From: an uncultured bacterium
Lineage (GTDB): Bacteria; Lernaellota; Lernaellaia; Lernaellales; Lernaellaceae
Length of the DNA: 25,693 bases
Assembly: GCA_964534375.1 (NCBI GenBank)
Contig: CAZHPN010000075.1
Location: forward strand, 1-25,693
Direction: 5' to 3'
Below, one piece after another: positions 19,327 to 25,693 of this stretch (positions within the stretch are counted from its first letter, which is position 1; each line of letters starts with the position of its first letter). A program made the position numbers and the translations under genes. Under the pieces are notes generated by a model. That model saw nothing but the letters and a program-made list of their open reading frames with translations. It did no database searches and had not been told where the DNA came from.

Positions 19327-20805
19327 TTAGAACAGGAACGAGGCCGACAACATGACGTCGTGCGAGCCCTGCGTGACCTTGCAGTTGTTGTATTCCGCGC
19401 CCCAGTAATCGGCGCTGCCGGCTTTGACCGTGCGGGGCACGCCGAATTGATACGCGGCGTTGACCTCGAACAGGCTGTAGCGGTAGCCCAGGCCGGCGGC
19501 GATGTGATGTTCGATCAGCCCCGGCATGATCAGGCCGACGCGATTCGGGTTGGCCTCGACGTTGCTGGCGTAGTTGTATCCCAGGCGGCCGTAAAAGTCT
19601 TTGATGAACGCGTATTGTGCGCCGACGGCGGCGACAATCTGGTCGTTCCAGTGGGCCGGCAGCGGCGTGATGTGCGGGTCCGACCCGAGGATGTGCGGCC
19701 CGGTCCAGTAGCTGGCGAATTTCATGCTCGCGCGCACCGGCCCCGCCATCGTGTGCGACCACTGAATCCACTTGACGTCGACGCCGAGCAGCAGGCTGTC
19801 GATCGGTTTGTACGAAAAGCCAAGGCCGACGTCTTCCGGCCAGGAAAATTCCATCTTGCTGTTGTAGGTCGTCTGCAGATTTTTCTCGATGCCCCAGTAG
19901 TTCATCTGATTGCGCACCTTGGCCTGGGCATTGGCCGGCGACAGGCCCTGGCTGATATACTGCTGCGTCAGGCTCTGGCCGATGGCGGCGAACTGCGGGG
20001 CCCAGTCGATTTTGTCGTGGCCGTAATACTTCATGTTGACTTGCAGGTCGTACACCAGGCCGATGCGGAACCGCTCGGTCGGCATGATCATCGCGCCGAA
20101 CTTGCCGCCGACGCCGTAGGCGTTCAACTCCCGCATCTGCATGCGGAAGGTCGCTTCGTCGAGCCCGAAGCCGCCCTGCGACAAAGGCATCTTGAACAGC
20201 TTGGCGAACGTCAGGTTGTCGGAGGCGTCGGCGACGCCCTGCATCCAGTCGGGATTCTTGTTGTACGGCAGGTCGGCGTCGAACCGCGACAGCGAAAACG
20301 CCGGCGCCAGAGCCAGCGAGATCATCGGGTGCGGCGCCCAGTCGATCGCGCCCACCAGTTTGGCCGTCTGAAATTGCGAAAAATACCGCGTGTTGTCGCC
20401 GAGCACGGGGTTCTTCAAGCGGAAGTCCGCGACGCCCGTGTCGTTGTTCAGGTACAGGCCGACGCCGCCGGCGACCGAGGCGCCTTGCGGATGGATGCCG
20501 TACGCGATCGCGCCCGAGCCGTAGAGCCGCTGTTGCGCATTCGTGTCGTTCAGATCGTTCTGGAAATGCAAGATCGGCGACAACAGCCCGCCGTTGAGAT
20601 CGACCCGCTGGCCGGGCAGTTGAATCAGACCCGCCGGGTTGGAATCCAGCGCCAAGGCATCCGTCGCGATCGCCAGGTCGACGCCGGCCATGCCGAGGCT
20701 GCGGGCGCCGAGCGCGGTCGCCTCGAGCCCGTCGGCCGGCCACGCGGTCGCGGCCGCGGCGAGAATGGCGGCGAATAAGAAACTAGCGGTGAGAAGGCGC
20801 TTCAT
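19327..20805 (-). CDS. FadL/OmpP1/TodX-family outer-membrane transporter of hydrophobic compounds
   Basis: Sec signal peptide, hatch motif GARSLGMAG...DALALDSNPAG, alternating beta-strand pattern, GRLGYNY and a C-terminal Phe. Confidence 0.88.
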   Translation of the reverse strand: MKRLLTASFLFAAILAAAATAWPADGLEATALGARSLGMAGVDLAIATDALALDSNPAGLIQLPGQRVDLNGGLLSPILHFQNDLNDTNAQQRLYGSGAIAYGIHPQGASVAGGVGLYLNNDTGVADFRLKNPVLGDNTRYFSQFQTAKLVGAIDWAPHPMISLALAPAFSLSRFDADLPYNKNPDWMQGVADASDNLTFAKLFKMPLSQGGFGLDEATFRMQMRELNAYGVGGKFGAMIMPTERFRIGLVYDLQVNMKYYGHDKIDWAPQFAAIGQSLTQQYISQGLSPANAQAKVRNQMNYWGIEKNLQTTYNSKMEFSWPEDVGLGFSYKPIDSLLLGVDVKWIQWSHTMAGPVRASMKFASYWTGPHILGSDPHITPLPAHWNDQIVAAVGAQYAFIKDFYGRLGYNYASNVEANPNRVGLIMPGLIEHHIAAGLGYRYSLFEVNAAYQFGVPRTVKAGSADYWGAEYNNCKVTQGSHDVMLSASFLF

Positions 20806-20875
20806 TACCGGCCCCTTTTTGCGCGGATGCAGTCGCCGCAGGCGCCCGTCGGCCCCAGCCCGCGGGATTCAGTCG

Positions 20876-20904
20876 TGTATAACGGTTTGAGCCCCTGAAT
20901 GCAA
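20876..20904 (-). promoter_or_regulatory. Possible promoter for the FadL-family gene
   Basis: On the minus strand: TTGCAT (20904-20899), 17-bp spacer, TATACA (20881-20876). The -10 lacks the final T. Confidence 0.35.
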
Positions 20905-20989
20905 GTTCAAAATATCCCGCCGGCCAGCGCGAACGCGCGAAACGCGGCGTTGCGCGCCCGCCGCCGTCGCGGCGTCGGGCGTCCCCGCA

Positions 20990-21019
20990 TTGACACCATT
21001 CGGGCGAGGGCAGTAGTGT
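20990..21019 (+). promoter_or_regulatory. Putative sigma70 promoter for the DUF1573 gene
   Basis: TTGACA (20990-20995), 18-bp spacer, TAGTGT (21014-21019). Confidence 0.5.
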
Positions 21020-21052
21020 ATTCCCCGACTTTTTTGGCAACGGAGCAAAATC

Positions 21053-21904
21053 ATGAAACGCCTTTCCTTTTTCCTGTGCGTGTCGATCGCGGCAGCGGTT
21101 TTCGCCGTTGCGGCCTGCGAGAAAAAAGGCCCCATCGCCACGGTGGACGTCGCGGCTTTCGACTTCGGCAACGCCGAACAGAATTCGCAGGTGTCGCACA
21201 CGTACATACTGAAGAACACCGGCGATCAACCGCTCGAAATCGCGCGCACCCGCACGACCTGCGGCTGCACGGTGGCCCAGCCGTCGAAGATGACGCTCGC
21301 CCGCGGCGAAACGTCCAACATCGACGTCACCTTCAGCACCGGGTCGCGCACGGGCAAACAGGAGAAACGGATCACCGTCGAGACCAACGATCCGAAAAAT
21401 CCGAAGACGGTCCTGGTCCTGACCGGCAACGTGATGCAGCGCCTGACCTTCGACCCGGATCGCCTGCACTTCGACAACGCGGAACCGGGTCAGGATTACA
21501 CGCAGACCGTGACGATCGCGAACGCCGGCAAAGAACAGCTCGACGTCAAAGACATCAACATCGGCGAAAAAGATTCGCTGACTTGCAAAGCGGAGTTCAA
21601 TGGCAAGGCCGGCTTGCCGATCAGCTTGAAGGAAGGCGAGAAAGCCACCCTGACCTTTACATTGCGCCTGCCCGCCGACAAACCCTATTTCCACACGCGC
21701 GTCGATTTCGAAACCGCGGCCCAAGGCAAAGACCCGAAGACCGTGACGTACTACGTCGCCGCGCAGTCGAAGAACGCCCAGAACGGCGTCCAGCGGCAGG
21801 CCGCGCCGGGCAGCGGCGGCTTTGCGCCCGCACCGGCCAGCATCATGCAAATGCAAAAAGTGAAAAAACCGGAACCGGCGGCGCCTGCGAAAAAGACCGA
21901 ATAG
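21053..21904 (+). CDS. DUF1573-family lipoprotein with two Ig-like domains
   Basis: Signal peptide with lipobox VAA-C22. FDFG...LKNTGDQPLEI..RTTCGCT...ITVETNDP pattern, then a second similar domain (VTIANAGKEQLDV). Confidence 0.85.
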   Translation: MKRLSFFLCVSIAAAVFAVAACEKKGPIATVDVAAFDFGNAEQNSQVSHTYILKNTGDQPLEIARTRTTCGCTVAQPSKMTLARGETSNIDVTFSTGSRTGKQEKRITVETNDPKNPKTVLVLTGNVMQRLTFDPDRLHFDNAEPGQDYTQTVTIANAGKEQLDVKDINIGEKDSLTCKAEFNGKAGLPISLKEGEKATLTFTLRLPADKPYFHTRVDFETAAQGKDPKTVTYYVAAQSKNAQNGVQRQAAPGSGGFAPAPASIMQMQKVKKPEPAAPAKKTE

Positions 21905-21947
21905 CGACGTGCAATATCCGCGCGAGCGCCGTTTTTCGCGTGCCGGT

Positions 21948-21972
21948 GAGTTGCACGCGCAACTCCTAATTT
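21948..21972 (+). terminator. Short hairpin, possible terminator
   Basis: GAGTTGC-acgc-GCAACTC (21948-21965) followed by CTAATTT. Confidence 0.35.
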
Positions 21973-22007
21973 GTCACTCGTCACTTGTCACTCGTAATTC
22001 GTAATTC
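21971..22007. repeat. Heptamer tandem repeat (T[TC]GT[CA]A[CT]) x5
   Basis: TTGTCAC TCGTCAC TTGTCAC TCGTAAT TCGTAAT. Confidence 0.85.
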
Positions 22008-22156
22008 GGCCGCCGCCCTCGCCGCGGACTGGCGCGAGGCTGCCCCACTGGTTATTGTTGGGTCAGGGCGGCGTCATTCGGCGCAACTCGGATTCACCGG
22101 CGTGACGTCAGGTCCGCCGATGGGCCGCCCGTTTTCCGCGACGGCGGAGGTCGGGC

Positions 22157-24082
22157 ATGCAACCCGCAAAAATGTCGACCGCTCGGTTCGCGCTCCTCAG
22201 TCTCTTTTGCTTTTTCGTCCTCGGCTGCGGCGCGCATAGCCACGAGGCCGGCGCGGGATCCGCGGATGACGACGCCTCGCCGCCGGCCGAAGTCGCGGCG
22301 GCCCTCGATCGCGCCCTGACCTACCTGCGCGACGCGCAGCAACCCGACGGCTATTGGCTGGGCAGCTTCGTCACCGACACGTCATTCACAGCCGATTACA
22401 TATTGCTGACGCATTACCTCGATGCGGTCGACGCGGACCGCCAGGCGAAAGCCGCGGCGTACATCGTTCAGCAGCAGCAGCCTGACGGCGGCTGGAACGC
22501 CTATCCGGGCGGCCCGAGCACGGTGGACATCGCCGCGCTCGACTATCTCGCGCTCAGACTCGCCGGCTACGCGGCCGACGCGCCGGCGATGCAGGCGGCG
22601 CGGGGGTTCATCCTCGCCCACGGCGGCGCCGAAGCGGCGAACGTGCTGATCAAAACCAAGTTCGCCTATTTCGGCCAGGTCCCGTGGGGGTGGATGATTC
22701 CGCTCAACACCGACATCCTATTCTTCGACCAACTGCCCTACGAATTGGGATATTTCCATTCGGTGCTGATTCCCTTCACGCTGATCTACGAGAACTATCG
22801 CGTGGTCCAGCCGCCGGCCGGCCGGGACGTTCCCGAGATCTTCCTTGCCGATCCGTGGGCCGGCGTGCGCGAGTCGCCGCCGTCAAAGGGCTGTTGCGCC
22901 GACAAGGCCATCGCGTGGCTGCTGGAGCATCAGGAAGAGGACGGCAACTGGGCCGGCGTGTTCGTCAACACGATGTTCTCGCTGATCGCGTTGCAATCGA
23001 CCGGCGACCCCGCCTACGCCGCCCGCATTCAGCACGGTCTGCAAGGCGTCGAAAATTTCCAGAACGTCGCCGCCGAGACGATCAACCAGCAATTCAGCCA
23101 ACCGCCGGTGATGGATACGGCCTATATCCTGCGCCTGCTGCTCGCCACCGGCGCGCCGTCGACCGACCCCTCCGTGCTGCGGGCGACGGATTGGCTGGTC
23201 GGGAAACAATCGGACATCTACGGCGATTGGTCGCAGCTCAATCCCACGGGCCAGCCGGGCGGCTGGAGCTTCGAATTGTACAACCGCTATTTCCCCGACG
23301 TCGATTGCACGGCGATGACGCTCGACGCGTTCGCCGCGCTCGACGCGCCGCACCAGGCGGCGATCCGCTCGACGATGCAGAAGGGCCTCAGGTGGATGCT
23401 CTCGATGCAGGACCGCGACGGCGGCTGGCCGGCGTGGGACAAGAACGCCATCGACCCGCACAAGATTTTCCCGTCGCTGCGCGACGCCCTGTGGCTGCCG
23501 GCCGACTTCAGCAACGCCGACATCACCTCGCGGGTCCTGCTGGCGCTGGCCGATTTGGGAGTTGCCGGCGCGTCCGCCGATTCGACCGCGTGGCGGCAGG
23601 GCCTCGAGTTTCTCAAGAACCAACAAGAGGCGCCGGGTTATTGGTACGGCCGCTGGGGCGTCAACTACACCTACGGCACGGGGCAGGCGCTGCAGGCGCT
23701 GATCGCGGCCGGCGAGCCGCCGGGGGCGCCGTATCTGCAGCGCGCCGTTGACTGGCTGCGCCGCGTGCAGAACGCCGACGGCGGCTGGGGCGAAGACCCG
23801 GCGTCGTATCTCAACCCGGCCTACATCGGCGTTGGCCCGAGCACGGTGTTTCAGACGGCGTACGTGCTGATCGGTCTGCTGGCGGCGGGCGAAGCGCCGA
23901 GCGCCGAAGTCAAAACCGGTGTGCAGTGGCTGCTCGCCGCGCAGCAAGCCGACGGCTCATGGCACGACGAGAGATTTCTCGGCTGCAATCTGCCCGGCTA
24001 TTGGTACTCGCGTTACGATCTGCTCTCGACCTACAAATCGGCGTACGCGCTGCTGCTTTATCAGCAGGCGACCAGGCACTGA
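22157..24082 (+). CDS. Squalene-hopene-cyclase-family (class II triterpene) cyclase with an N-terminal lipoprotein signal
   Basis: Seven QW-type repeats (QQPDGYW, QQPDGGW, QEEDGNW, QDRDGGW, QEAPGYW, QNADGGW, QQADGSW), PGGWSFE, FPDVDCTA, WYGRWGVNYTYGT and STVFQTA. SD GGAGG. N-terminus MQPAKMSTARFALLSLFCFFVLG-C24. Confidence 0.92.
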   Translation: MQPAKMSTARFALLSLFCFFVLGCGAHSHEAGAGSADDDASPPAEVAAALDRALTYLRDAQQPDGYWLGSFVTDTSFTADYILLTHYLDAVDADRQAKAAAYIVQQQQPDGGWNAYPGGPSTVDIAALDYLALRLAGYAADAPAMQAARGFILAHGGAEAANVLIKTKFAYFGQVPWGWMIPLNTDILFFDQLPYELGYFHSVLIPFTLIYENYRVVQPPAGRDVPEIFLADPWAGVRESPPSKGCCADKAIAWLLEHQEEDGNWAGVFVNTMFSLIALQSTGDPAYAARIQHGLQGVENFQNVAAETINQQFSQPPVMDTAYILRLLLATGAPSTDPSVLRATDWLVGKQSDIYGDWSQLNPTGQPGGWSFELYNRYFPDVDCTAMTLDAFAALDAPHQAAIRSTMQKGLRWMLSMQDRDGGWPAWDKNAIDPHKIFPSLRDALWLPADFSNADITSRVLLALADLGVAGASADSTAWRQGLEFLKNQQEAPGYWYGRWGVNYTYGTGQALQALIAAGEPPGAPYLQRAVDWLRRVQNADGGWGEDPASYLNPAYIGVGPSTVFQTAYVLIGLLAAGEAPSAEVKTGVQWLLAAQQADGSWHDERFLGCNLPGYWYSRYDLLSTYKSAYALLLYQQATRH

Positions 24083-24107
24083 GCGACGAGACGCAGGCCG
24101 AAGCCGA

Positions 24108-25693
24108 TTCAACCGAAGTTCCCGACCAAGAAAGTTATAACTAGCTGATTATTCAGGGAAAGTGCAGAAATCGGCGTTCCCGTTACTGGCTACACCTGCA
24201 GCAATTCGTAGGCGCGTTGCTGCAAAGTTGTCGGTTCGGTCAACTGTTCGAAGGTCGGCGCATCGGACGCGGTCTTGATCCGGCAGCGATTGCGGCACTG
24301 GGTGGCCAGCACGTTCAGCAACGTGTGGAAGCTGTGAACGGGCAGGCCGTCAGGCGTGCGCTTGGTCCATTTTTTTCGCTGGACGGAGGCCGATCCTTCG
24401 GCGGGCGCGACGGGATCGCGGACGCCCCGCAGTTCCGGCAATTCCTCGTCTTCGAACAGCAGCGGGGCCCAGGCGCGGCGCATGTGCCATTCGACGTAGC
24501 AGGCCAGCATGCACAGAAAGATGTGCGCCGTCACGCGATTCGCTTCCCGATGGAAGATCGGCCGCACGAGCAGGTCCATTCCCTTGAAACAACGGAAAGC
24601 GCGCTCGGCATGAGCCAAGCCCTTGTAGCCGCGCACCGCGTCTTCGGCCGACAACCGCGCGGCGGGCTCGCTGGTGCGAATCACGTAGATGCCGTCGAGC
24701 TGCGCCTCCGAGGCGATGGACTTTTCGTCGCGGGCATAAGTGAACGAGCCGTCGCCGTACTCCACCTGAAAGTGTTTCGCCATCTGGTGGCGGTGGATGA
24801 CGTGACCGACCTTCTCGGCCAGTTGCTCGCACGTCAACGGCGTCTTCGTGCGCCGCGCCGCCGCGGCGGCAATCTGGGCCAGGTCCTTTTCCGTGGCGGC
24901 CAGCAGGGCCTCGCGCTTGCGCCGCCGCTCCTCGGCCAGCAACGGATTGAAGCAGGCGACCAGCCGTTCGCCGGGATAATCCGGCGCGGCGATCTCGGCC
25001 AGGTTCCGCTGATCGAACAGCGACAGTTGCAATGCCCCACCGTCCACCAAACCGCGGATCGCCGAACTGCGCAAGGCCGCGATCCAACCCAAGCCCGGAT
25101 GCTCCTGCAAGTTGTCGATCTGCGTTCGCGTCAGCATGCCGCGGTCGCCGACCAACACCACGCGCTGCAGCGCGAAGCGCTCCCGCAGCTTGGCGACCTG
25201 GTCCGGCACGGTCGTCGGATCGCCGGTGTTGCCCGGGTAGACCTCCAGGCCGATCGGCCGGCCCTCGTGGTCGGTCAAGAGGCCGTAGACGATGATCGGC
25301 AGGTCGCGCTTGCCGTCGCGGTTGTGGCCGAATTTCGCCAACGGGCAATGGCGGCCCTCGTAGTAGCTGCTGCTCACGTCATAGAGCGCGGCGCCGCCTT
25401 CGACCAAATGCCGCGCCGCCAGTTTTTTCTCGATCGCCGCTTGCCGCGCCAGCAGCCAGTCCATGGCCGCATACAATTCGTCTTCATCGGCGTCGGCCAC
25501 GCCGAGTTCGTCGGCCAAGGTCGAGGTCTCCCACTGCCGCGCCGTCGCCAGCTTCGAACCCGGTTGCAAGAGCCGCTCGGCGATCAGCGCCACCGCCAGG
25601 TCGCGCTCGCGGCTGCGCTTCGCCGCCAGCAGCGCGTCCAGCCCCAGGCGTTTGATCGTGCCCAGCACCGCCCGCACGTGGCCGTGCGGCGTC
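24108..25693 (-). mobile_element. IS1634-family insertion sequence, partial (runs off the window)
   Basis: Transposase plus an AT-rich 3' flank (24125-24170). The boundary near AACCGAAGTTCCC (24111-24123) is a guess because the other end is not in the window. Confidence 0.75.
24190..25693 (-). CDS. IS1634-family DDE transposase, 5'-truncated by the window edge
   Basis: LYDVSSSYYEG, FGHNRDGKRDLP, YPGNTGDPTT, VGDRGM, LDGIYVIRTS, YKGLAHAERAFR, RPIFH and HIFLCMLACYVEWH. The frame stays open to the edge (..TPHGHVRAVLG). Confidence 0.92.
   Translation of the reverse strand, partial: TPHGHVRAVLGTIKRLGLDALLAAKRSRERDLAVALIAERLLQPGSKLATARQWETSTLADELGVADADEDELYAAMDWLLARQAAIEKKLAARHLVEGGAALYDVSSSYYEGRHCPLAKFGHNRDGKRDLPIIVYGLLTDHEGRPIGLEVYPGNTGDPTTVPDQVAKLRERFALQRVVLVGDRGMLTRTQIDNLQEHPGLGWIAALRSSAIRGLVDGGALQLSLFDQRNLAEIAAPDYPGERLVACFNPLLAEERRRKREALLAATEKDLAQIAAAAARRTKTPLTCEQLAEKVGHVIHRHQMAKHFQVEYGDGSFTYARDEKSIASEAQLDGIYVIRTSEPAARLSAEDAVRGYKGLAHAERAFRCFKGMDLLVRPIFHREANRVTAHIFLCMLACYVEWHMRRAWAPLLFEDEELPELRGVRDPVAPAEGSASVQRKKWTKRTPDGLPVHSFHTLLNVLATQCRNRCRIKTASDAPTFEQLTEPTTLQQRAYELLQV

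Noticed and set aside
19327..20805. Calling the outer-membrane protein BtuB because it neighbours the B12 riboswitch
   Set aside because: It lies upstream of the riboswitch and so is not controlled by it, is too short for a TonB-dependent receptor, and has the FadL NPAG hatch motif.

Overview
High-GC bacterial chromosomal window from a diderm organism (FadL-type barrel, several lipoproteins); the gene style and Asp-rich lipoprotein tethers suggest a Deltaproteobacteria/Myxococcota-like lineage, which is inference only. The left half is mostly housekeeping: a DUF2283-type small protein preceded by a truncated DUF4258-like toxin remnant, tig-clpP-clpX-lon-plsC, a minus-strand fur / priming sugar transferase / panE run, and an archaeal-type (type 2) valS. 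The right half is cell-envelope and accessory DNA: two tandem paralogous GT-C-like membrane proteins, a REP cluster, a cobalamin-riboswitch-controlled Ig + beta-propeller lipoprotein, a FadL-family channel, a DUF1573 lipoprotein, a triterpene cyclase and an IS1634 transposase cut by the window edge. The strongest candidate for a new system is the cyclase (22157-24082). It is a squalene-hopene-cyclase-family protein with a lipoprotein signal peptide, apparent loss of the usual membrane-inserting helix, and a hybrid DVDCTA catalytic motif, which together suggest an exported, lipid-anchored triterpene cyclase. Other oddities are a ClpP with a Ser-His-Glu triad, a His-rich tail on trigger factor, and an ADDDASP motif shared by two unrelated lipoproteins. 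All family calls come from motif recognition by eye; no searches were run.
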